The notes below the pieces were generated by a model. It had not been told where the DNA came from and ran no database searches. It saw only the letters and a list, made by a program, of their open reading frames with translations. From Octopus sinensis (taxonomy: Eukaryota): a stretch of DNA of 64,000 bases. The position numbers and the translations under genes are program-made. This document shows, one piece after another, positions 1-11,872 of the stretch. Every line of letters begins with the position of its first letter. Position 1 is the first letter of the stretch. The stretch covers positions 103,292,001 to 103,356,000 of the forward strand of contig NC_043003.1 in the NCBI RefSeq assembly GCF_006345805.1. The letters are read 5' to 3'.

Positions 1-8
1 CTAATAAT

Positions 9-11
<3 letters not shown>

Positions 12-68
<57 letters not shown>
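12..68. repeat. (TA)n microsatellite, representative of dozens of TA/CA/TACA/GATA/GA tracts in the window
   Basis: Directly visible dinucleotide run. Confidence 0.95.
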
Positions 69-70
<2 letters not shown>

Positions 71-72
<2 letters not shown>

Positions 73-321
73 CAACAATCAAGGAACGGCCATAATAGGC
101 CATTCACCCACTAGAAATAACAGCCAAAGCTTCAACCGCAATAAAATTAATTCCGTAAACCAGGAGAAAATTTAAAAAACTTTACCCTGTAATTTCTTAT
201 ACGATGCACCGTTTCATCTGCTGTTTATGGTAAACTAACCTGATTAAATTAAATCAAGCCAATCTTCCATAGGCCCTCTAGTGGGTGAATGGCCTATTAT
301 GGCCGTTCCTTGATTGTTGAT
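71..321. mobile_element. Short non-autonomous element with perfect 45-bp inverted termini (possibly PLE-derived)
   Basis: 71-115 (atcaacaatc...cccactaga) is the exact reverse complement of 277-321. The body is homologous to 60295-60481. The minus strand has GAAAC-ggtgcatc-GTA at 200-215. Confidence 0.6.
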
Positions 322-424
322 GTTGAACTTAAAAATGGTCTTTGACTATTTAATTTTTTCCCACTAGGCCGCTGGTGGCAAAAAAAATTCTACAAAATTT
401 TTTTTTGCCACCCTATATTGATTA

Positions 425-462
<38 letters not shown>

Positions 463-545
463 GCATATATATATATATACATATATATACATATATATAT
501 ATGCATATATACATACATGCATGTACATATTTACATATATATGTA

Positions 546-852
546 TATCACGTGATCACGTGACCGACCAGACCATCAGATGTTGTTACACATCGCTGGT
601 CACAATGCGTTCGCATTGTTTTAGCCTTCGAATGACGCCACCCCGCTGGCTAAGGGAGCAGGCCAACAGAAGAAAGAGTGGGAGAAAGAGTGGTGAAAGA
701 GTACAGCAGGGATCACCACCCCCTGCCGGAGCCTCGTGGAGCTTTTAGGTGTTTTCGCTCAATAAATACTCACAACACCCGGTCTGGGAATCGAAACCGA
801 GATCCTGCGACCGCGAGTCCGCTGCCCTAATCACTAGGCCATTGCGCCTCCA
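546..852 (-). mobile_element. tRNA-derived SINE family A (octopus OR-like), short-tail form
   Basis: Reverse complement has head ggaggcgcaatggcctagtg... with A box and GGTTTCGATTCCC B-box-like motif. Homologous to 34002-34265 and 62685-62977. Confidence 0.85.
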
Positions 853-878
853 CATATGTATATAAATATGCATATATT

Positions 879-1203
879 TGTACAGGACTTAATAAAACGT
901 AAACAACATGAAATACGAACTTTTTTGCGAACAACGAAAGAAACTAATGGAAAACAAGACAAGTAACAAGTAACATAACGAACGACCCTTCATCAGTTGT
1001 CGACTGTTTATCTACTCCACATTTCAAACAATTACGACAACAAATGTGGAGTAGTTAAACGGCCGACAACTGAGAAAGGGTCGTTCGTTATGTTACTTGT
1101 CTTGTTTTCCATTTGTTTCTTTCGTTGTTCCCAAAAAGAGTTCGTATTCCATGTTTTCGTATTTCGTATTTCATGTTGTTTACGTTTTATGACGTCCTGT
1201 ACA
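879..1203. repeat. Foldback (long imperfect palindrome), ~145-160-bp arms, 17-nt loop
   Basis: tgtacaggac...ctactccacattt pairs with aaatgtggagtag...gtcctgtaca, loop 1025-1041. The arms are related to 2738-2910 and 60500-60690. Confidence 0.85.
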
Positions 1204-1274
1204 CCTATATGCATATGTATATACATATATATGTAAGTATGTACATATATGTATGTATATCTACATGCATATAT

Positions 1275-1305
<31 letters not shown>

Positions 1306-1355
1306 GTCATTTATATTATTATATGATTTAACGCCACTAATCCATTTCCAAGTAA

Positions 1356-1404
<49 letters not shown>

Positions 1405-1407
<3 letters not shown>

Positions 1408-1590
1408 TAGTAGATATAGCCGGTGTTGCCCGGGTTAAAGAGAATATTGAAATTATAAAACGTCGTCTAGATTACGTAAGTCTAAAATGCTAGTTGCTGA
1501 GATACCGATTTTCTACATTAATAACTCTCCAACGTATGCCAGCGTGGGACATAGATGTTAAATGATATGTTAAAAGAATGTTTTCAACTC
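1405..1590 (+). mobile_element. Possible Helitron/Helentron-like 5' end fragment
   Basis: TACTAG...gccggtgttgcccggg start motif after a TA run. No Rep/helicase coding sequence or 3' hairpin confirmed. Confidence 0.25.
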
Positions 1591-2048
1591 ATATATGTAT
1601 ATAAAGTAAATACATGTATCAAAGAGCCAGTATCGAAGGAAGCAGAAAAAAGCCGTTAACAACAGAAAAACACAAAATCGTTCCAAAAGTTGATAAGAAA
1701 TTTTTAGGGAAATCAACTAACTGTACGGATTTAATACATACATACATACATACATACATGCATACATACATACATAATACATACATACATACATACATAC
1801 ATACATACATACTACATACATACATACATGTGTGTGTGTGGCCTTCATAATGAATTTTTGTGAAAAAGTATCAAAAACTGCACCTGAGTTTGTTGTATGA
1901 TTGAATGACAAAAATCTCTGTGAAGATGAGTGCCTTGTGTGCAATTATTTTCAGCTTGCAATTACATCTGATTTCCGAACAACCACCTCCGGCTTCATGT
2001 TTCATCGATAATAGACACCTCTTTGTATCTATTTAGCGAACTAGATAG

Positions 2049-2161
<113 letters not shown>

Positions 2162-2697
2162 GTTTTTAAATCCAAAAAAGTGGAGGAGAAGAAGAAAAGA
2201 AGTTCAAAATGCACAGAGAATATATTAAAATTGATTAGAATTTAATTATATCTTAAAATATAGGAATACACTAACCGGTTTCACATTAGATTTTCTAATG
2301 TCTATAATGTATGGAATTGTGTCACTAATTATGGCTATTCTTGCCGTTGTTTTTAAAAATAGCCTTTTATTAAAGTAGGAATGTGTCACAGAATGTTAAC
2401 GTAAAAATTTGATTAGCCAACGTTCATCTGTTACGCGCATGTGACAGTCGCGCGAACAGGTCACATAAAAGCTTTTCTCCATTGAATATGTCATATGACA
2501 ATTAAAAAAAGGAGTTATCAATAATATAATAATTGTTAACATAAAAGTGTTATAGGTAATTAGTATTTACTATTCTTTCAAATAATAATGTTATCAATTA
2601 GTACAATCTCCTTTTAAACATGCTAAAGCATACATGCATACACATATGTACATACCTACATCTATATGTATATATACATGCATATATTATATATATA

Positions 2698-2737
<40 letters not shown>

Positions 2738-2738
<1 letters not shown>

Positions 2739-2910
2739 TACAGGACACCACAAATAAACGTAGAACACAACGAGAAACGAAACATAAAATCAAACAAAGA
2801 AACGGACTTTTTTTAAACAACGAAAAAACAGAGTACAAGACAAACAATACAAGGAATATTCCCCTTCATCAGCTGCCCCTGTTTCGACTCAATGCGTGTT
2901 TCGAAGGTAA
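2738..2910. repeat. Interspersed repeat, single-arm member of the family forming the 879-1203 foldback
   Basis: gtacaggacacc...ccccttcatcagctg...gtttcgaagg is homologous to the reverse complement of 60500-60690. Confidence 0.7.
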
Positions 2911-3259
2911 GGGCAGAACACGATCCGGCCGAAGCAATCCTTCCTGCAAAATGAATTAAATAAAAATTTTTTGCAGAGGGGTAAAAAAAGTGACAAGAAC
3001 AGGACGTAAAAGTAATACAAATGAAGAAAAAAACAGTACACATAAAGAATAAAAACAGGACAAGGAAACCAACAATAAGGGCTTTTTTTTTAAAGCCTAG
3101 ACGGTGGAAAAGTTCGTTGGAACGCATTCTGAAGATCGACTTGCGGAAACAGGAGAAAGTCGATGTTGACTTGTTGAAAGCAATGGGCAGAAAGAAAGTT
3201 TAGTAATCCGGTCAGCGGCCAGAGAGAGGAGGAGTGTGAGAGAGAGAGGAGGAGGAGGA

Positions 3260-3298
<39 letters not shown>

Positions 3299-3439
3299 GA
3301 GAGAGGAAAAGAAACCAGAAAGGGTGAAAAATAAGAAGGAGAGAGACAGGTAGAGAGGAAGACAGACAAGCAGGGAGGAAAGGTCAAGTAAAGAGTTGAG
3401 AGTGCGCGTCATAATTATTATAATAAAAACTTACTTGAA

Positions 3440-3873
3440 GAATAAGAAAACAACGCGAGGCGTCCAGTCATATAATAACAAGAGAAGGTTTAGAAAGAAT
3501 GAACCCGTGGAAAACGAGGGAGTGTTTCTTTTTATGTGCGTGATTTGTGGGAAGAAATGCTGGAGTCATGCATGCCTGGTCAACTATCAGAGGCCTCACA
3601 GAAATGAACCCCTTGTAAATTGTGATGCGGCTAGTGCTCCCAACAGAAAATGTGCAACCTGTGGAAAGGTGTGCCTTTCAGTTGGAGGATTGAAGACATG
3701 TCAAAAGAGTTCATACTGTGGCACCTGTTGCCAGCCAGTGCAGCTGTACATTATGCAATAGAATGGGAAAATCTTTGGCGGGGTTCAAGAGTCATACAAG
3801 AGCCAGACATTGCACCATCAATGACTGGTTTCTAGCAATTGTTTTGCTCGTATACGAGGAAGCAGCTACTATG
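3440..3873 (+). mobile_element. RTE-clade LINE 3' fragment with C-terminal C2H2-like motifs
   Basis: Frameshifted CVICGKKCWSHACLVNYQRPH / CATCGKVCLSVGGLKT / CTLCNRMGKSLAGFKSHTRARH, followed by a ctcgtatacgag hairpin-type 3' end. Confidence 0.6.
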
Positions 3874-4114
3874 TATAAAATCATTTGCGGCCTAAATACT
3901 ACCGAAAGCTTTCATACGACTAACTTTTCCAATTTGGAAAATATAATCAAATTAAATTCTGACTTGCAAACCGTCCCTAGCCAGTTGCACACACACATAC
4001 ACGCGCGCGCGCATACACTCGCGCGCGCGCGTCCATACGTGTGTGTGTGTGTGTGCGTATACATATTTATAAGTAGACGGACAGACAGTTAGACAGACAG
4101 ACAGACAGACAGAC

Positions 4115-4184
<70 letters not shown>

Positions 4185-4186
<2 letters not shown>

Positions 4187-4416
4187 TTCTTTACTACCCA
4201 TAAGGGGCTAAACACAGAGGGAACAAACAAGGACAGACAAACGGATGAAGTGGATTACATCGACCCCAGTGCGTAACTGGTACTTAATTTATCGACCCTG
4301 AAAGGATGAAAGGCAAAGTCGACCTCGGCGGAATTTGAACCCAGAACGTAACGGCAGACGAAATACGGCTACGCATTTCGCCCGGCGTGCTAACCTTTCT
4401 GCCAGCTCGCCGCCTT
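4185..4416 (-). mobile_element. SINE family B, tail type i
   Basis: Reverse complement reads aaggcggcgagctggcag...gagttcaaattcc...ggtcgactttgcctttcatcctttc...gggtagtaaagaaat. Abuts a (GATA)n tract. Confidence 0.85.
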
Positions 4417-5639
4417 AGATAGATAGATGCATGTACGTATGAATGAATGCATATATGTATGCGTGTGTGTGAACTTATGGATGTATTATGTTGATAAGCA
4501 GGTAGGTAGGTAGACAGGAAGGTTAAGCCCGATGGAATTTGAGCCACTATACATGTACTACTACTAACACCACCACCACCACTGCTGCTGCTGCTGCTTC
4601 TGCAGTAATGTATAATATTTTGCTTGATACTGTTTGCTGGAGTATTATGTTTTTAACGAGCTTAACTTTGGGAGAAAATCGAGGTTCGTAACAAGTTCGA
4701 GTGTTAACGCTTTCAAACAATCTTCACTACGGAAGGAAATCGAAGACAAAATCAAAACTTTGAACATAATAAAATCGATGTTAACACATGCCCTTGTAAA
4801 TTTATGTATCTAAACAGAAATGAGTGGTTCTAATTTAGACACAAAAACCAGTAATTTTGAGGAGTAGTGGGGGACAGCCCATGAAATCGAACCCCACTCT
4901 CGTCTTGTACTTTATTTTATCAAGCTCGGATGGATGAAGGTTGAAGTTAATCTTGGTGAGATTTGAACTTAGAACGAAAAGCATTGGACGAAATGACAAA
5001 ACGATTTTTTTTCCGACGCTTTAACGATTCTACCAGCTCACCGCCATCCCCACCCCACCCCAAAATAAAGATAATAATCTTGTGGGTTGTATTAATTTCT
5101 TTGATTTTTGCCTCCAAAATTCCATTCATCCATGAAGGAATCTTTATAATGTGTGAGAATGTACAACGAAGTTATATAAAAATGAGGGAAGGAGTAGAAA
5201 CGTTACATAATATATTAAGATATGTTAAATAGTTTGATTACAAAAATAATTACACGGTGTAATTATTTGCTTCGCAAGCGTGGCTGTGTGGTTAAGAAGC
5301 TTGCTTTCCAACTTTATGGTCCAGGGTTCAGTCTCACAGCCTGGTATCTTAGGCAAGTGTGTCTTCTACTATAGCCCCGGACAGATCAAAGAGTTATGAG
5401 TGAATATAGTACGCGGAAACATAAAGAAGCCCGTTGCATATGTATATATATGTATATATATATATATATACATATATATCTGTGTCTTTGTGGTTGAGTC
5501 CCCCCCCACCGCTTCACAACCTATTATATTTTGCTTACGTCCCCGTAAACTAGTCAATCAGATTACTAATACTATAGTATGTCGTCAGTTACATTACAAA
5601 TTTAACAACACAAATCCATTGTACGATACCAGTGACATC

Positions 5640-5812
5640 ATTAATGCATATTAAACCAATGTTGAGCCTGCTTTAAATGACAGCCCAATCTCCATTCAAA
5701 CCACTTTAACATCTTAAAAAAGATGAATGGTGCACTGAGTTCCTGGCACGTAGGAATAACTTTAATCCTAAGTTTGTTCTATCAGTGTTACCGCAGGGCT
5801 AAACAATAACGA
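5640..5812 (+). repeat. Unclassified interspersed family D with (AAC)n-like tail (related copies near 15395-15600, 46270-46355, 51765-51955, 55740-55928, 55990-56155)
   Basis: Recurrent ...ctagaaatagcagccaaat...cagggctaaacaacaac pattern, diverged between copies. Confidence 0.5.
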
Positions 5813-6423
5813 CAATTATTAGTAATGATCGCAGATTTTTCATGTCCAGTGATCATGAGAAAGAGTGGCACATCCTCAACTGGTTATATAAACCAATTCT
5901 TGATGCTTGTAGGGTTTTTGTTCCTACCTGCACTTAATAGTTTTAAACTACGAGTCAGTCATTGCAATCCACAGTGGCTCAGTAGGCTAAGATGACTGTG
6001 GTGACCAGTAAGCTGTAGATTTTACATTGGAGTGGCCATCTCCTAGGTGAATTGCCATACAGGGCTAGAGAGCTCCACCTAGTATAGAGTTGCCAGAAGA
6101 GTGTCAAAGAGCCTAGGATTAGATTAACGACTCTGTTAATACCACCCTTCCATCACATATACAACAGCAAAAACAACATGAGATATAATTCATCCGAAAA
6201 TACCGCTGAAAAAGTACTTATTCAACATCGTAAATTCTGTATTATTGGTTTCAAATTTTGGCACAAGGCCAGCAATTTCTGTCATCTCCAAAATAACATC
6301 AACTACAGCACAAAACATTTAATATAACCATCGATACCACTAAGATCATCAATACGAACTGCAAGGTCATCAACACTACTAACAGCGCCAATGATATACT
6401 GTCAACATTACCAAGCTTGAGTT

Positions 6424-6865
6424 AAGGCGGTGAGCTGGCAGAACTGTTAGCACACCGGACGAAGTGCTTGGCAGCATTTCGTCCGTCTTTTTTGAGTTCA
6501 AATGCTGCCGGGGTCGATTTTTGCCTTTCATCCTTTCATGGTCGATAAAATAAATACCAGTTGAACATTGCGGTTGATACAATCGACTTATCCCAGAAAT
6601 TGCTGGCCTTGTGCCAAAATTTGAAACCAATAATACTAATCCAGAGAAGGCGCGAGCTGGTAGAATCGTTAGCACGCCAGGTAAAAACCTTAGCGGTATT
6701 TTGTTCGTCTTTACGTTCTGAGTTCAGTTTCCGCCGAGGTTGATTGATTTAGCCTCTCATTCCTTTCGGGATCAATAAAATAATCAGCAGTTGAGTAGTG
6801 TGGTCGATGCAGTCCACTCGCCCTTCCCCCGAAATTGCTGGCCTTGTGCCAAAATCTGAAACATT
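6424..6865 (+). mobile_element. Two tandem SINE family B copies, tail type ii
   Basis: Heads aaggcggtgagctggcag (6424) and aaggcgcgagctggtag (6647). Both end ggccttgtgccaaaat(t/c)tgaaac. Confidence 0.75.
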
Positions 6866-7122
6866 ACCAATCTAGCTCCATGGATACAACACCACCCACA
6901 TCGCCAACGCGACCGATACAACAGCACCGATACCACCATGCTATCCCAATACAACACCTGTGCAATCTCCACCACCACCACCACAATAACCTTATCTTAA
7001 AAGACCTGCTTTAAAGATGTCTGCACTGAGCAGCTTCCAGTTTCAGGTTACTTAAACATCACGACTACAACCCACACTACTTCCACTACTACCATTACCA
7101 CTACTCACAAACCCACCCTAAC

Positions 7123-7331
7123 TACGAGAGATTGCTGAAAAGTTCCTAGCGTTAAGGCCTGGTTGAAGGTCCAACCTTCCGAGTTCTTTCACAGGGCTTA
7201 GGAAATTTGAAGGACCTCTGCAATAAATGTGTGAATCTGGGAGGGGAATATGTTGAATAAAATCATTATTAACTGATCCTCCTGTATTTTCTTCTACCCA
7301 AAGCCAGGAACTTCTCAGCACCCCCCTCGTA
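7123..7331 (+). mobile_element. Mariner-derived MITE with both TIRs and TA ends
   Basis: TAcgagagattgctgaaaagttcctag ... ccaggaacttctcagcacccccctcgTA. The interior encodes the mariner C-terminus VKAWLKVQPSEFF..GLGNLKDLCNKCVNLGGEYVE* (frameshifted). Confidence 0.75.
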
Positions 7332-7339
7332 CATACACA

Positions 7340-7500
7340 CAACCTTCTGAGTTCTTTTACAAGGTTTAGAAAAACTGAAGGACCGCTGCAATGAGTGTCT
7401 GAATCTGAGAAGGGAATAATCAAATCATAATTAATTGATCCTCCGGTATTTTCTTCTACCCAAAGCCAGGAATTTCCCAGCACACACCCACCCTGCTCGT
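7340..7500 (+). mobile_element. Second, diverged 3' fragment of the same mariner family in tandem
   Basis: Repeats aaccttc(c/t)gagttcttt...ttttcttctacccaaagccaggaa from 7173-7315. Confidence 0.7.
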
Positions 7501-7739
7501 ATATCGCACTGTTCATCTCTGTCATCATCGCCGATGCCGTCACGCCAACCCCACCATGACCATCTTCGGCTTCTTTTTCAAAAGAGGGGGGGTGATATGC
7601 AATCTTTCTTCGACAAAGTTATTGTTACCATCACTTCACCCAACCCCCTCGTCACTCCTCCACCCCATTCCACAACCTCCCCTCCCCCGTTACTTACACA
7701 TAACCACACCTTTATTCCCGAACCACCACCACAGAGTCA

Positions 7740-8460
7740 CCACTAGCATGCTAACACCATCACACTACACCACATCATACCACAACCACTACTGCATTGT
7801 CAGTTACCATCGCACCATCAAAATACGCCCTTCACAGCTCATTACCAGTCCTCTACCATCTTTCTAACACACCACCACCACCGCTACTGCCGCCTCATGA
7901 AGCCACCATTACCACCACACACCACCGCTACCGCACCACCAACAACAACAACGCCACCACCCACCACTACCACTACTACTAACACCACTACCACCACACC
8001 ACTACCACCAACACCACTACCACCACACCACTACCACTACCTACACTACCATCGCTGCACCCCCACCACGGACAACAACACTAACACCACCAACACGACC
8101 ATCATCGTACCTCCACCACGAACACCACCACAACCACACCCCACCACCAATACCATCAACACCACCATCACCATACCACCACCACAACCACAGCGCCACT
8201 ACCAATCCCACCCCGCTTCAAAACACACACACCCCCACATCCTCCGCTGCGCCACCATCAAATTACGACCCTCAGTGCACCACTTCCAACGATCACACAC
8301 AGCCCCACTACCTGACGACCAAACCAATTACACCACCACAACCACGCCGCCACAACCACCAAACTACGGTCACCGTACCACCTCAACCCCTCCCATCGTC
8401 CTGCCTACTACTCCAATAAACCACTTCCACTTTCGCCTCTACTAACACCTCTACCAACCA
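7740..8460. repeat. Degenerate (CCA/ACC)n low-complexity tract upstream of the candidate first exon
   Basis: C/A-rich triplet repeats. The Pro/Thr/His-rich ORFs here follow from composition. Confidence 0.8.
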
Positions 8461-8655
8461 GAAGAAAAAAATAATCTCTCGCCCCTCTACCCCACTGCCA
8501 ACATCACTGCTTCAACCGAAAACGCCACCCGTTTTCGCCACAGCTGATTCTTCTTCTCCCCTTCCTCCTCCTCTCCCTCCGCCGCACGACACTCACTCAC
8601 CCCTCCTCCTCCCGTTCAGCGGCCCCGCCATCTGTCGGCCGTTTCCTTCTTTAGA

Positions 8656-8814
8656 ATGGCTTTCTTTTCAAGAGTCGGCAGCCTGATTAGGTTTAGTCTA
8701 CCTAATGTGGAATTACCTTGGTACAGCAGCGCAACCACACCACCACCGCCGCCACCACAAACAAGCACTCCATCATCTCCATCAGATTCAGAAGCCCCGA
8801 CAGACACAGCCTGT
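8656..8814 (+). CDS. Probable first coding exon of an unidentified host gene (MAFFSRVGSLIRFSLPNVELPWYSSATTPPPPPPQTSTPSSPSDSEAPTDTAC)
   Basis: Non-repetitive 53-codon frame from an ATG, ending exactly at a GTAAGT donor (8815-8820), phase 0. Preceded by a CpG-containing, pyrimidine-rich leader. The AG at 8653-8654 could alternatively be an acceptor. Confidence 0.6.
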
Positions 8815-9375
8815 GTAAGTACTACTTCAGCTTCCTTACACAATCCATGTTTTTTGGTTTTTTTTTTGCTTTGCTTACATTCGTTTTTGTTGTTTTTTTT
8901 AAACATTTATTTTTCAATATTTCGTGATCTTGTTCGTTTAACCCCAGGTCGGAACTGATCTAGCAGACTTATCTCTTTAAAAGCATGCCAACCGTGGCCA
9001 CTCCGTCGTGTTATGGAAGATCACGTTGTCCAACTTGTCTTTTATATGTTTGTGATGGTAGGCTGAGATTTGACAAAGATTAGGCCGTTTTACTTAGGAG
9101 ATCGCACGCAACCACTTGGTTCATGCTGTTATTTTCGGTTGATAATTTTTTTTTAATGGGGGGATGGGGTATTGTCGTTGTTGCTTTCCTTTTTCTTTTT
9201 TCTTTAGGGGTTCTCGTTGGTCCTTTAAACTTTTATTTATTTACGCTTTTTTTTCAAAATATAATTTTTATTAAAAATTAAAATTATTTGTAATACTGGT
9301 TTCAAATATTTGGCTAGCAACTTTGGGGTAGAGACTAAGTCCATTAAATGAACCCCAGTGTTCAAATGACACTTA

Positions 9376-9414
<39 letters not shown>

Positions 9415-10428
9415 CCTTTCTACTATAGGCACAAGGCCTGAAATTGTGAGGGAGGGGACTAGTCGATTACTTCAACTCCAGTTTTTCACTGATACTTAAT
9501 TTATCGACCCCGAAAGGATGAAAGGCAAAGCTGAACACGGCGGGATTTGAACTCAGAACGTAAAGGCGGATGAAATGCCACTAAGCACTTTGTCCGGCGG
9601 GCTAACAACTCTGCCAGCTCGCCACCTTAAAAAGTATTTGTAATATTGATTTGGGCCCAAGGCCAGCGATTTCGGGAGTGGGGGTAAATCGATTATATCG
9701 ACCCCAGTGCTGAACTGGAACGGATTGTATTGACCGCGAAGGATTTTATCGACCGCGAAGGTCGATTTCAACAATTAATTGCAATATTGGCATAAGGCAG
9801 ACATTTGATAGGGTTGGGGTTAGCAGGCAGTATCAAGTCCACTGCTTGGCTGCAACTTTATTTACTTTATTGACTTCAGAGGGCTTAAAGAAAAAAGATT
9901 GACGGAACTGCCGGAACATATACCTCAAGGCATTTCGTCCGGCGGTCAAACAATCCTGCTAATGCACTGTCTTTGTACTTTATAATAATTATTGCTGATT
10001 TAAGCACAAGGACAGCAATTTTGAAGGAAAGGGCTAAATCGATAACATTGACCCTAATACTCAAATGGCACTTTATTTTATCGATCTCGAAAGGATGAAC
10101 GACAAAGTTAACTTCGATCTGAATTCAGAACGTAAAGGTTCAGAGGTTCGGAAGAAATACCGCAAGGCACTTTTCCCGACGCTCTAACGATTCTGCCAGC
10201 TCACCACCTTAATAATAATAATAATAAAATAATAATAATAATAATAATCTTTTCTAGTATAAGCACAAAACCTGATATTTTGGGGGAAGAAGCTAAGTTG
10301 ATTACATCGATCCCAACCTAAAGGGATGTAATGTAAAGTCGACCACGGCGGAATTTGAACTCAGAACGTAAAGACGGGCGAAATACCGCTAAGTATTTTT
10401 CCCTGCGTGCTAACGGTTCTGCCAGCTC
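9415..10428 (-). mobile_element. Cluster of about five co-oriented SINE family B (tail ii) copies of differing age
   Basis: Repeated gcacaagg...ggatgaaaggcaaag...gaactcagaacg...ctgccagctc units near 9415-9628, 9640-9780, 9790-9970, 10000-10212 and 10245-10428, partly separated by (AAT)n. Confidence 0.75.
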
Positions 10429-11491
10429 GTTTGTGCAGCATTCGGGATGACCGAGAGGTCTAGAGCGCAGCGTTCCGGTCACAATTCAGTTTTCCAGGCA
10501 TAGGTTCCTATCCTGCATCCGACAACATCTGATGAGTAAGAGACTGGATGTTCATGTGAAAACAGCGATAAATAGTGTTTCTGATGCTGTTTCTACATAA
10601 GGATTAATTACGTTAAGTGTGCAAGTGTTTGTGGAATATTCCACCACTTTATATGCTAATTCAATGATCAGGTAGTCCGCTTGATTGAACAACTTGAACA
10701 CTCACTGTCGAAACCGACGAAGATCCATTATGTTATACTACTGAGGTATGAAAGATGAGAGAAAAAAATCGATTATATTGATCATGTTGATCTAGCACTT
10801 TTTAGGGCCGTTATTTTACCGTAGATTTTAAAAAATTTTTAGATTTTTTTAAAATTAAATTTTAGTTTTTAATTTTACTATTGATGTATTAGAGAGGCCC
10901 AAGGTCTTTCATTTGGTGGAAATGTATAATAGATTATGCGCTGGGTCCTCATCTTCTTGGCGGAGACGTAGGGACGCCCTCATTACGTACGGCATGTCTT
11001 GGGCATGTTTTAGAGCGAGCAGCGCTCATTCCTCCCCAAACTTGACCAAACGATTTCTTGCAGAAGGAAGCCAGCCAGACGGGTAAGAAGTGAGAGACTG
11101 GTACTTTATCGATTTCGAAAGGATGAAAGACCTCAGCGAAATTTGAACTCAGTGCACTGAGGTCTGGAATGATGATCTAAGGCCCTTGGAAATAGTTTTC
11201 TGGTGATTTGAATTCAAAGCGTATGAGAAAGAAGTGTTCTGCAGACTGTGCCACTTCCACAACCCATTTAGATAATTAGAGATTTCAAAGTAAGAAAAAA
11301 ATATTGAAGCGAGCCTTTGATTCCACAGTTTATTTCTTGGAAGTATTCCATCAATCCCAGGAGAATGAGATGCGAAGTCAGCTCTGGTGGGATTTTAGCT
11401 TACAACTTAAAGAAACAGAACTGACTGCTGCTAGATATTAATGACACTCTGTGCTCTAACATTTATTCCAAACTACCACTTTGAGATTTTT

Positions 11492-11571
11492 TTATGTATA
11501 CACCCTAACAGAACCTGTTATGTATACACCCTAACAGGACCTGTTATGTATACACCCTAACAGGACCTGTT
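11492..11571. repeat. 26-bp minisatellite x3 (ttatgtatacaccctaacag(a/g)acctg)
   Basis: Units at 11492, 11518 and 11544 with one mismatch and no spacers. Confidence 0.9.
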
Positions 11572-11827
11572 GAGATTCCACGTGTTTTGCAGATTTCTTT
11601 CATTTCAGTTTCGCAACAAATATTTAAAGACCTTCATTTAAAAAGTTTCATTGCGCTAAGCATATCTATTTATGTCTTCTGTTTACTTCTATAAGTTTGT
11701 TTAAAACACAAAACTCAAACTTGTTTAATTATATTAAAGATTTCAATTATATCTTTGTTTGTGTTCCATAGTTAAGCTTCTTAAAGCGTAACATTCAAAT
11801 TTGTTTCATTATGTTAGATTTCCAGTT

Positions 11828-11870
<43 letters not shown>

Positions 11871-11872
<2 letters not shown>

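Noticed and set aside
2862-2910. Permuted (type II) hammerhead from GAAAC...CTGATGA (also 60505-60555)
   Set aside because: The spacer between the two boxes cannot form both stem III and a stem I hairpin, and no GAAA follows CTGATGA.
7897-8445. 182-aa Pro/Thr-rich ORF resembling a mucin
   Set aside because: Composition follows from a (CCA)n tract. All frames give similar low-complexity peptides and there is no compatible splice link to exon 1.
10529-10565. CTGATGAG...GAAA hammerhead candidate
   Set aside because: No pairing stem II or III and no NUH site. CAACATCTGATG is a SINE-tail motif.
11492-11571. CRISPR-like array
   Set aside because: Direct tandem units without spacers, in a eukaryotic context.
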